DNA of 46,217 nt from contig JANPHZ010000158.1 of assembly GCA_031424715.1 (NCBI GenBank), positions 1-46,217 on the forward strand, read 5' to 3'. The DNA is from Frankiaceae bacterium (GTDB lineage Bacteria > Actinomycetota > Actinomycetes > Mycobacteriales > SCTD01). Below are positions 1 to 7,569 of the stretch, one piece after another (position 1 is the stretch's first letter; the number at the start of each line of letters is the position of its first letter). A program made the translations under genes and the position numbers. The notes under the pieces were generated by a model. It was given only the letters and a program-made list of their open reading frames with translations. It was not told the DNA's origin and did not search any database.

Positions 1-189
1 GACCTTGTTGAGGCGGCCGGCGATGACCTCGTGCAGGTCCTCGTGCCGGCGTACGCGCACCATGGCGACCAGGTCGACGTCACCCGCGACGGAGTAGACC
101 TCGCTCACCCCGTCGAGGTCGGCGATGGACTGCGCGACCTCGGGGATCCGGTCGACGGCGGCGTTGATGTTGACGATCGCGGTGATCAC
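1..189 (-). CDS. Small Lrp/AsnC ligand-binding (RAM) domain protein; the N-terminal 63 codons are present and the gene runs off the left edge
   Basis: My own minus-strand translation from GTG at 189-187 gives VITAIVNINAAVDRIPEVAQSIADLDGVSEVYSVAGDVDLVAMVRVRRHEDLHEVIAGRLNKV, open to base 1. It resembles the stand-alone ~80-aa Lrp/AsnC RAM-domain proteins of actinobacteria. It is absent from the ORF track because there is no stop in the window. Confidence 0.7.
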   Translation of the reverse strand, partial: MITAIVNINAAVDRIPEVAQSIADLDGVSEVYSVAGDVDLVAMVRVRRHEDLHEVIAGRLNKV

Positions 190-208
190 CGGGTCAGCGT
201 AGGGCCGC

Positions 209-1981
209 TCAGGCGCTCGCCCGCGCCGGCCGCGCCACGGGGCGCAGCCCGCGTCGGTCGTCGAACGGGCGTACGGCGCCGCGACCCTCGTCGACGTCGC
301 GCAGCCAGCGCGCGTGCGCGCCGGCCCCGTGGGCGGGGGAGGCCCAGGTGCCGGCGATCCGCACGAGCCGGGTGTCGTCCGCCTCGAGCCAGCGCAGGAC
401 GCACTGCACCTCCTCGGCCGTCGCCGCGGGGAGCGGGCCGGGACCGGGGGTGACCGTCTCCGCGGTGGCTACCAGCGCGTCGACGTAGGGCGCGGGGTGC
501 GCGCCGCGTGGGACGACGCCGGCGGCGACGAGCCGGCCGCGGCGGATGACGCTGATCTCCCAACCGCGCTCGCGGGTGGGTCGAGCGGCGACGAGCTCCG
601 GGACGCCGGTGAGAGCGGACAGTCGCTGCAGCCGGACGAGGGTGCGCAGGAGGCTGGCGAGCCGGTCGCGCTGCGCGGCGGCGTCCTCGAACCGCTCGTC
701 GCGGGCGAGCCCCTCGATGCGGGTAGTCAGGGTGCGCACGACGGCGCTCGGGTCACCGGCCACGGCCTGGCGGAACGCCTCGGCGTGGACGGCGTAGTCG
801 TCCTGGCTTTCCTCGTGCTGGCACGGCGCGCCGCACCGGCGCATCTGGGCGAGGACGCAGGCCGGACTCAGCGTCCGGACGCTGAGCCGCTTGGTGCACT
901 GGCGCAGCGGCAGCGCCTCGTGCAACGCCGCGACGGCGAGCTCGGCGGACCGGGCGGTGCCGAACGGTCCGAGGTAGGTCGCGCCGTCGTCGAGGACCTT
1001 GCGCACGGTGGACAGGCGCGGATAGGCCTCGACGGTGAGCTTGACCCAGACGGCGCGCTCGGGGAAGCGGCTGCGCCGGTTGTAGCGCGGCCGGTGCTCG
1101 GCGATGAGGCGCAGCTCGCGCACCTCGGCCTCCAGGGCTGTGCTGCACACGACCGGGTCAACGCGGTCGGCGAGCCCCACCATCTCGGCCATCCGGGTGC
1201 GCATCTCGCTGGCCGTGAAGTAGCTGCGCACCCGGGTGCGCAGGTTGACGCTCTTGCCGACGTAGAGCACGCGGCCTTGGGCGTCGCGGAAGAGGTAGAC
1301 ACCGGGGTCGGTCGGCAGCGCGTCGGCGAGATGTCGCTTGCGCCGCTGGGCCGGCGTCACCTGCGCCGAGAAGGTGCTGAGCTCCTCGAGGCTGTGCACC
1401 CCGAGGTTGCCGAGCCGCCCGATGAGCCCGTGCAGGACGTCGGTCGTGGCCTGCGCGTCGGCGAGCGCCCGGTGGCACGGGGTCACCTGGGCCCGGAATA
1501 CCCGGGCGAGACTGGAGAGCTTGCAGTCGGGCGCCTCGTCGCGGGTCAGCACCCGGCGGGCCAGCTTGGCCGTGTCGAGGTGCTCGTACGCCGGCCAGGC
1601 CAGCCCCAACCGCTCGCACCCGCTGCGCAGGAAACCGAGGTCGAACGGCGCGTTGTGGGCGACCAGCACGGCTCCCTCGCTGAACGCGAGGAAGGCCGGG
1701 AGCGCCTGGTCGAGGCGGGGCGCGCTGGCCACCATCGCGTCGGTGATGCCGGTGAGCACGGCGATGAACGGCGGGATCGCGCTGCGCGGGTTGACCAGGG
1801 TCTGAAACTCCCCGAGGACCTCGCCGCCACGCACCTTGACCGCGCCGATCTCGGTGATGTCGCAGGCCAGGTGTGAACCCCCGGTCGTCTCGAGGTCGAC
1901 AACGACGAACGTCACCTCGCGCAGTGGCCGCCCCAGCTCGTCGAAGGTGGCCTGGTGCGGGATCGCGAGCGGGCCGGCCAT
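209..1981 (-). CDS. DEDD (DnaQ-like) 3'-5' exonuclease fused to a GIY-YIG/UvrC-N-like nuclease domain
   Basis: 590-aa ORF. Exonuclease motifs are FVVVDLETTG, VAHNAPFDLGFL and HRALADA. These are followed by a GIY-YIG block, GVYLFRDAQGRVLYVGKSVNLRTRVRSYF. The architecture resembles mycobacterial Rv2191-type proteins. Confidence 0.9.
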   Translation of the reverse strand: MAGPLAIPHQATFDELGRPLREVTFVVVDLETTGGSHLACDITEIGAVKVRGGEVLGEFQTLVNPRSAIPPFIAVLTGITDAMVASAPRLDQALPAFLAFSEGAVLVAHNAPFDLGFLRSGCERLGLAWPAYEHLDTAKLARRVLTRDEAPDCKLSSLARVFRAQVTPCHRALADAQATTDVLHGLIGRLGNLGVHSLEELSTFSAQVTPAQRRKRHLADALPTDPGVYLFRDAQGRVLYVGKSVNLRTRVRSYFTASEMRTRMAEMVGLADRVDPVVCSTALEAEVRELRLIAEHRPRYNRRSRFPERAVWVKLTVEAYPRLSTVRKVLDDGATYLGPFGTARSAELAVAALHEALPLRQCTKRLSVRTLSPACVLAQMRRCGAPCQHEESQDDYAVHAEAFRQAVAGDPSAVVRTLTTRIEGLARDERFEDAAAQRDRLASLLRTLVRLQRLSALTGVPELVAARPTRERGWEISVIRRGRLVAAGVVPRGAHPAPYVDALVATAETVTPGPGPLPAATAEEVQCVLRWLEADDTRLVRIAGTWASPAHGAGAHARWLRDVDEGRGAVRPFDDRRGLRPVARPARASA

Positions 1982-2031
1982 GGGCCGGACGGTAGGGGCG
2001 GCGTACGACAGCGATACCGCGCCGCGCCGAT

Positions 2032-2775
2032 CTACGTCGTGCGGCTGGCCGTCGGCGTCTTCGTCGCTGGCTTGCTGGTGGCTGGCTTCTTGGTCTGGGG
2101 CTTCCTGGCCGCCGGTTTCTTGAGGGGCGGGCGCTCCAGCGAGGCGAAGACGATCGTGTTGCTGAGGTAGCGCTTGGAGCGCCGGTCGAACTCACCACCG
2201 CAGGTGATCAGGCGCAGGCTCGGGCGCCCGTCGCCGACGTAGACCAGCTCGGTGGGGAAGTTGCGCTTGGCGTAGGTGCGCACGAAGGTCACCCGGAACG
2301 TGGCGAGGCTTCCGTCGGCACGGCGGATCCGGATCGGGTCGTTCTTCTTCAGCGTCCGGATGCGGTTAAAGATGCCGGGGCCGCGATAGCTGTCCACGTG
2401 CCCGACGATCACGGCCGGGCCGGGGTCCCCCGGGGCGGGGCCCTGGCTGTACCAGCCGGCCCGCTGGGGGTCGGCGGGTACGCCGAGGGTTCCGTCGCGT
2501 TGCTTGCGCAAGCCCAGCAGCCGGTCGGTGATCTTCAGGGTGGGGATGCCGAGGGTCACCGGGGCGGCGACCTGGCGCGGGACGGGACGGGCGTCGACGA
2601 GCGGGCCGCGGCCGTTGTCAGCGGCGATGTCCGCCCGAGCGGCTGACACCTGTACAAGGCTGACCACCAGGACGACGGTGATGGCCACGGCCTGTGCGGC
2701 CGGAGCCCACCACTGACGCACCGCACCGGGACCGGCCGCCGAAGCGGCCGTTCCCGGTGCGGTGGTGTGGGTCAT
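2032..2775 (-). CDS. Class F-type sortase (peptidase C60) with a Lys/Pro/Thr-rich C-terminal tail
   Basis: 247 aa. N-terminal TM segment AVAITVVLVVSLVQV, catalytic-type motifs VIVGHVDS and LRLITCGG. The start codon directly abuts the stop of the upstream DUF4331 gene (2775/2776). The C-terminal tail is KKPAARKPQTKKPATSKPATKTPTASRTT. Confidence 0.85.
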   Translation of the reverse strand: MTHTTAPGTAASAAGPGAVRQWWAPAAQAVAITVVLVVSLVQVSAARADIAADNGRGPLVDARPVPRQVAAPVTLGIPTLKITDRLLGLRKQRDGTLGVPADPQRAGWYSQGPAPGDPGPAVIVGHVDSYRGPGIFNRIRTLKKNDPIRIRRADGSLATFRVTFVRTYAKRNFPTELVYVGDGRPSLRLITCGGEFDRRSKRYLSNTIVFASLERPPLKKPAARKPQTKKPATSKPATKTPTASRTT

Positions 2776-4329
2776 CTAGCGGGCGTGGCGAGCCCGAAGG
2801 ACCAGGCCGGCGCCGGCGAGCGCCAGTCCGAGCAGCCCCACGGCGATCGGCGTCACGGGCAGCGAGCTGCTCGATCCACCAAAACCGCTCGAGACCGATC
2901 CGCGGGGTGCAGAGCTGCCCGCCCCAGTGCTCGAGCTGGCCGAGGAGCCGCTGCTCGTGCCCCGAGCCTGCGTGCTGGATCCGGAGTGCGGCAGCGCGAC
3001 GTAGGGGAAGGTCGAGCCGAACTCGAGGTCGTTCTCGTTCACGGCGTCACCGGCAGCGAGCGGCTTGATGATGCCCTTGGTGATAGCGCCCTCGAGCGCC
3101 TGCAACTCGATGTCGACGACGTCGTCGGTGAGGCGACGGCCGTTGGGGAAGCCGGCGTTGTCCTTGGCCAGCACACCCAAGCGGTTGGGGCTGCTGCTCG
3201 GCGGGATCTTGGTGTTGAGCCGCAGCTGCTCAGACGGCGTGACCTTCGGGGGCTGGTTCAGGCCCTTGATCCCGGTGAGGAACGCGGCGACGAGGTCGTC
3301 GCGGGGTGCTGCGGGCGCTTCGATGCCGTAGATGCTCGCGATCAGCTTGGGCACCTCTGGGTCCTTGACTCGCGCGACAGCCTCCATGACGGTGGCGTCC
3401 TGGTCGGGGTTCAAGGAGTTGAACGCGTCCTTGAGCGACACCGGGATGACGACCTCGTTGACGAGCGGTGAGCCCAGTCGGGAGACCTGCACGAAGTCGC
3501 CGGTGGGCGTGGCCTTGCCGGCGGACAGCTGCAGCGTCTGCTGATCGGTGGTGCTCCAGACACCGATGATGCCGCTGTTGTCGCCACCCTTGAGGAGGTT
3601 GGCGGTCGGCACCTGCAGCGCGATGGAGTTGACGTTGTAACCCGTCAGAGTGTCGCTGCCGGCCTCCTTGAGGTTGGTGCCGTAGAGCAGGTCGAACACG
3701 CGCAGGTCGAGGAAGAACGAGTCATCCGCCTGGCCGGCGAAGCTCTTGCCGCCGTCGGTGGTGTCCACGATGGCCTCGTCGCGCAGCGCGGCGTAGTTGG
3801 GCATGGAGGCCATGCCGACGTTGGAGGGGGCCGTCTTGCCGCTCTCCACGAGCGTGGTGGCCGTGCCGGCCGCGTCGAGGACCTCGAGCTTGTAGGTCTG
3901 CTTGAACAGCAGCGTCGGGTCGTCGAAGGAGTTCACCGCCCCGTTGTTGTAGAGGAACGTGGTTCCGGCGCGCTTGTCGTCGTTGGTGAAGGTCCACCGG
4001 TAGGTCAGGTCCGGCTTGGCGTCACCGTTGTTGTCGATCTTGATGTTGTAGCGGTAGCCCTCAGCGCCGAACGGGTAGAAGTTGGGGCCGCCAGCCGCGT
4101 CCTGGAACGGAATCCAGTTGGCGATCAAGGTGGTCGTCTCCGGGCTGTCCGGGCTGACGAAGGCGTAGGTGTCGGTGTTGTCCGACAGCGGGTTGCCGGC
4201 GATGAGCGGCGCCTCGCGGTGACTCGACGCCGTGCCGGTGCCGGGAGCGAGCGCGAGGGCGCTGCCCGTGACTGCGAGACCGGCGGCGGTCAGGGCCGCG
4301 CCTGCTCTGCGGGTTCTGGAACGGTTCAT
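2776..4329 (-). CDS. Secreted DUF4331 family protein (paralog A) with a C-terminal sorting-signal-like anchor
   Basis: 517 aa. Signal peptide with RR (MNRSRTRRAGAALTAAGLAVTGSALALAPGTGTA), then the DUF4331 hallmark SSHREAPLIAGNPLSDNTDTYAFVSPD. A Ser/Gly-rich linker leads to a C-terminal LPVTP + hydrophobic stretch + RARHAR. AGGAGA lies upstream of the ATG. Confidence 0.85.
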   Translation of the reverse strand: MNRSRTRRAGAALTAAGLAVTGSALALAPGTGTASSHREAPLIAGNPLSDNTDTYAFVSPDSPETTTLIANWIPFQDAAGGPNFYPFGAEGYRYNIKIDNNGDAKPDLTYRWTFTNDDKRAGTTFLYNNGAVNSFDDPTLLFKQTYKLEVLDAAGTATTLVESGKTAPSNVGMASMPNYAALRDEAIVDTTDGGKSFAGQADDSFFLDLRVFDLLYGTNLKEAGSDTLTGYNVNSIALQVPTANLLKGGDNSGIIGVWSTTDQQTLQLSAGKATPTGDFVQVSRLGSPLVNEVVIPVSLKDAFNSLNPDQDATVMEAVARVKDPEVPKLIASIYGIEAPAAPRDDLVAAFLTGIKGLNQPPKVTPSEQLRLNTKIPPSSSPNRLGVLAKDNAGFPNGRRLTDDVVDIELQALEGAITKGIIKPLAAGDAVNENDLEFGSTFPYVALPHSGSSTQARGTSSGSSASSSTGAGSSAPRGSVSSGFGGSSSSLPVTPIAVGLLGLALAGAGLVLRARHAR

Positions 4330-4478
4330 GGTTCTCCTCGATCGGGCAAGCGGACACTGCCGCGGGAGGGACCGAGGTCGATGGCGTGAGAGTTGCCAGG
4401 GTCAACGGGCACTCGAGCACAGCGCGTACGGGTCTCGTTCGTCCGGCTAGGGAGAGTGGTTCATTCGGACTAGTTGGC

Positions 4479-5996
4479 TCAGAGCAGGTCGCGGCCGGTC
4501 ACGATGCCGCGCGCCACCAGACCGATGCCGACGAGGACGACCACGGCAGCAGTGAGGACCGGCAAGAGCCGCCCGAGGTTGCGGGTACGGCCAAGCGCCC
4601 AGCCCCGCCGGTCGATGACGGCTTGTGTTCGGAGCAACAGCAGACCGGCGGCGGTCAGCGTGACGGCCATGCCGAGCCCGTAGATCAGTACGAGCAGGAC
4701 GCCGAACCACGCGCGGCCGAGGGCCGTCGCTCCGAGAAGGACGACGAGGGCCGAGGGGCTGGGTACCAGGCCGCCAGCAACACCCATGCCGGCCAGGGTC
4801 CGCCAGCCCAGCGGTCCATCCGGTAGGGGCGCGTGTGAATGGGCCTTGCCGCCGTGGCTGTGCACGAGCCGCTCGGGAGCGGGCTCGGGATCGTGGTCGT
4901 GGGGATGAGGATGGTCGTGCGTGTGGTCGTGCGTGTGGTCGTGCGTGTGGTCGTGGGGGTGGTCGTGCGTGTGCGCTGGTGTACTGCGGACACGACGAAG
5001 AGCCAAGACCAGCAGGTAGATGCCCAGGCTGGCGAGCAGGATGCCGGACACGATCTCGGTCAGCGGTACGACGCGCTCCGGCGCGGCCAGCGTGCCGAGC
5101 GTGAGCAATGCCCCCAGCAGGAGCACTGACGCCGTGTGGGTGAAGGTCACGATCGCACCCAGTTGCAGGGCCTGCCGCCTCGTGCCTCGCTGGCCGATGA
5201 GGTAGGCCGCCATGACGGTCTTGCCGTGTCCGGGAGCCAGCGCGTGCACGATGCCGAAGGCCAGCGACGCAAGGATCGACATGACGGCGAACCCGACGGT
5301 CAGGTCATCTCGGCCGAGGAAGTCGGTGAAGAAGGCGGTCACTCCGCCCACGCCGCGTGGCAACGCCTCGGCGATCGGGTCCTTGCCGGATGCGCCCGCT
5401 GACGAGCAGGGCCCTGGTGAGTACGACGCGCGACCGGACCGGACATCCAGTGGCGACGAGAGGAGGTCCTCTGGGTACGCCGTGAGGAGCGCGGATGTCG
5501 ACACCGCCGGGACGTCGGCGTTACCCAACCGGCCGCAGCGGCTGGCGAGAGTGACTTCCTTCCAGCCCACGCGGCCGTCACCCTGCCCGGCGTCGAAGGC
5601 GAGGGAGGAGCGCGGCGAGGTGCTGGCCGCCAGTTGACACTCGAGCCGCGTCGTCGTGAGCCCGCCAGAGCCCGGCCGGGACTCGCCGCGAGTCGCCCGC
5701 AGCGCCAGATCGGCCGGCGAGCCGTCGACGGTCAAGGACAGCTCTGGGGCGATCCGCGCGCACTCACGCGCGGCGAACCCGTCCAGGCCTCCGGCAGCAC
5801 GGATGTCGCCGCGCGCCTGCACCGTGGGAATCTCGGCCAGGTCGATGACGTGCAGGACCTCGACGCCCTCGGCGACAACGGTGACCTGATCAGCCGTATT
5901 CACCGTGAAGTTGCCGAGAGGGTGCGCGAGGGCAGGCGCGGCTGGCAGAAGGGCGAGTGCCGTGCCCACGACGAGTACTGCAAGCAGTCGCCTCAC
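4479..5996 (-). CDS. RcnA/NicO-family (nickel/cobalt-type) metal transporter with an N-terminal extracytoplasmic domain and a His-rich loop
   Basis: 505 aa. Signal peptide MRRLLAVLVVGTALALLPAAPALA, a ~200-aa soluble domain, then a polytopic part with the HALAPGHGKT signature and the loop HTHDHPHDHTHDHTHDHTHDHPHPHDHD. 4-nt overlap with the upstream TPR gene stop. Confidence 0.8.
   Translation of the reverse strand: MRRLLAVLVVGTALALLPAAPALAHPLGNFTVNTADQVTVVAEGVEVLHVIDLAEIPTVQARGDIRAAGGLDGFAARECARIAPELSLTVDGSPADLALRATRGESRPGSGGLTTTRLECQLAASTSPRSSLAFDAGQGDGRVGWKEVTLASRCGRLGNADVPAVSTSALLTAYPEDLLSSPLDVRSGRASYSPGPCSSAGASGKDPIAEALPRGVGGVTAFFTDFLGRDDLTVGFAVMSILASLAFGIVHALAPGHGKTVMAAYLIGQRGTRRQALQLGAIVTFTHTASVLLLGALLTLGTLAAPERVVPLTEIVSGILLASLGIYLLVLALRRVRSTPAHTHDHPHDHTHDHTHDHTHDHPHPHDHDPEPAPERLVHSHGGKAHSHAPLPDGPLGWRTLAGMGVAGGLVPSPSALVVLLGATALGRAWFGVLLVLIYGLGMAVTLTAAGLLLLRTQAVIDRRGWALGRTRNLGRLLPVLTAAVVVLVGIGLVARGIVTGRDLL
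4912..4971. repeat. 12-bp tandem repeat (tggtcgtgcgtg, about 5 copies, one variant) encoding the (HTHD)n part of the transporter His-rich loop
   Basis: Read directly in the sequence at 4912-4971; in frame (12 bp = 4 codons). Confidence 0.85.
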
Positions 5997-7303
5997 CCGA
6001 GAGACTTCAACAGCTTCCGCGCCGCCGGCGCTTGCAACGGGCTGAACGAGGGGTTCAGGTCGAGTGCGCCGCTCAAGGACCGTTTCGCGGCTGCGCGCTC
6101 ACCGACGGCCGCCTCTATCGCGCCCAGGTGGAAGCGCAGATAGGGCAGCCGGGTACCGAGTCGCTGCGCCTTACGCGCAATGGGCAGAGCTTGCGCCGAG
6201 CGACCGGACTTGTGCAGGGCCCAGGCGTAGGCGTCCTGAACCAGGATCGCGTCGGGGCGGTCGCGGAAGGCTGCGGTGGCGTACTTCAGTGCGGTGGCGG
6301 CGCTGCCGTGGTCAGCCTCGAAGAGCGCGAGCTCGAGGTCGACGTTTGCCCCCGACGCGGCGAAAAGCTGCTGGGTGGCCCGCACGACGTCGTACTGCTC
6401 CTGGGCAGCTGCCGGCTGGCCCGTTGCCTCCAGGAGCTCGCCGAGTTCGATGAGATAGCCCGGTTGGGGCTGTGCCTGCACCACCTCGCGGTAGAGGGCG
6501 AGCGCGGCGGTCGGATCCGAGACAGCTAGCGCCTTGGCCTGACCGGCCAGTGCCTGCACGTTTCCAGGGTCCTGCGCCAGCGCCTGCTCGTAGGCGGCCC
6601 GGGCGCCAGCGAGCTCGCCAGCGTTCCAGGCCAGTTCGCCCAGGTAGAACTGCGCGAACGCCTGGTCTCCCGGGTTGCGGGTCGCGGCGGCAGCGCGCTC
6701 CAGCGCCTCACGCGCGCCCGCTACGTCGCCACGCAGCTCGCGCTGGTAGCTGGCCCGGGCGAAGGACGGGGTGCCCGGCTGCAGATCGAGCATGCGTTGG
6801 ACCGCTGCCGCCGCCTGGTCGTAACGGCCGAGCTCGGTGAGTGCATCTGCCTTGACGCCGTACGCCGTCGCGCTGAAGTCGTTGATCCGCAGGGCGGCGT
6901 TGACCAGGGTGAGGGCTTCGGCGAAGTCGTGCCGAGCAGCCGCGAGCGTGGCTTGACCGGTGATCGCAGCGTCATTGTCTGCCGGACGCAGTGCCAAGGA
7001 CTTCGCGAAGGCGCCCTCGGCCTTGCCGTAGAAGGACGGGTCGGCAGTGATCCGCGATTGGCTCACATACGCGAGGCCGAGGTCCGACCAGGCGCGGAAG
7101 TTGCGGGGCGACTCGCGCAGCTGCCCCTGCAGGTCGTTGATGGCGGCGGTCAAGGGGTCAGTGGCCGCCGCGGAGACTGCAGGTGCGGACGGCTCGACCT
7201 GCGGACTGCGGGGCGCCCCTGCTGCCGCGCCCACGACGAACAGGGCCGCCGCGAGCCCGACCACGGCAGCGCCCAGGGCGGCCGTGCGGGCGCCTCGCCT
7301 CAT
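5993..7303 (-). CDS. Membrane-anchored/secreted tetratricopeptide-repeat (TPR) protein
   Basis: The track ORF is 5993..7552, but the probable start is Met84 (MRRGARTAALGAAVVGLAAALFVVGAAAG, signal/anchor) at 7303. The rest is Ala/Leu-rich TPR-like repeats (e.g. AWSDLGLAYV, GRYDQAAAAVQRMLDLQPG, YEQALAQDPGNVQAL). Confidence 0.75.
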   Translation of the reverse strand: MRRGARTAALGAAVVGLAAALFVVGAAAGAPRSPQVEPSAPAVSAAATDPLTAAINDLQGQLRESPRNFRAWSDLGLAYVSQSRITADPSFYGKAEGAFAKSLALRPADNDAAITGQATLAAARHDFAEALTLVNAALRINDFSATAYGVKADALTELGRYDQAAAAVQRMLDLQPGTPSFARASYQRELRGDVAGAREALERAAAATRNPGDQAFAQFYLGELAWNAGELAGARAAYEQALAQDPGNVQALAGQAKALAVSDPTAALALYREVVQAQPQPGYLIELGELLEATGQPAAAQEQYDVVRATQQLFAASGANVDLELALFEADHGSAATALKYATAAFRDRPDAILVQDAYAWALHKSGRSAQALPIARKAQRLGTRLPYLRFHLGAIEAAVGERAAAKRSLSGALDLNPSFSPLQAPAARKLLKSLG

Positions 7304-7330
7304 GCGCTGCCTTTCGATGGACGGTCCGTC

Positions 7331-7380
7331 GGTGTCTCCAGTATTCGCTCTCGGGGGCCCGCTGGATCCCTGGAGACCGC
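7331..7380. promoter_or_regulatory. Inverted repeat (gtctccag ... ctggagac) in the divergent intergenic region between the TPR operon and DUF4331 paralog B; candidate operator
   Basis: An 8-9 bp perfect arm pair read in the sequence, about 30-75 nt upstream of the TPR gene start. No known consensus recognised. Confidence 0.25.
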
Positions 7381-7569
7381 CCCCGCCGTGTTTCGTCCGG
7401 GTTTGCCCGGCGACCCATCCGACGGGGGCCGGTGGGCGAACACCAGGAGACGATTCTCGTGTGGCGCGAGCTGCGCGGGAGTGCCACCGTTCTGAGGTGC
7501 TCGTCCGCCACAGAGATGTGTGCGCTGTTCGTCTGACCCGTACGCAGGCCACACCACCGTAGGAGACTC

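Noticed and set aside
314-1876. 520-aa + strand ORF opposite the DEDD/GIY-YIG gene. The same applies to the long ORFs at 12304..13662(-), 14001..15185(-), 14558..15973(-), 32030..33727(-), 34462..35673(-) and 16160..17206(+).
   Set aside because: All are antisense or off-frame to genes with recognisable catalytic motifs. Their compositions are dominated by Arg/Pro/Gly/Ala, which is the usual high-GC artefact.
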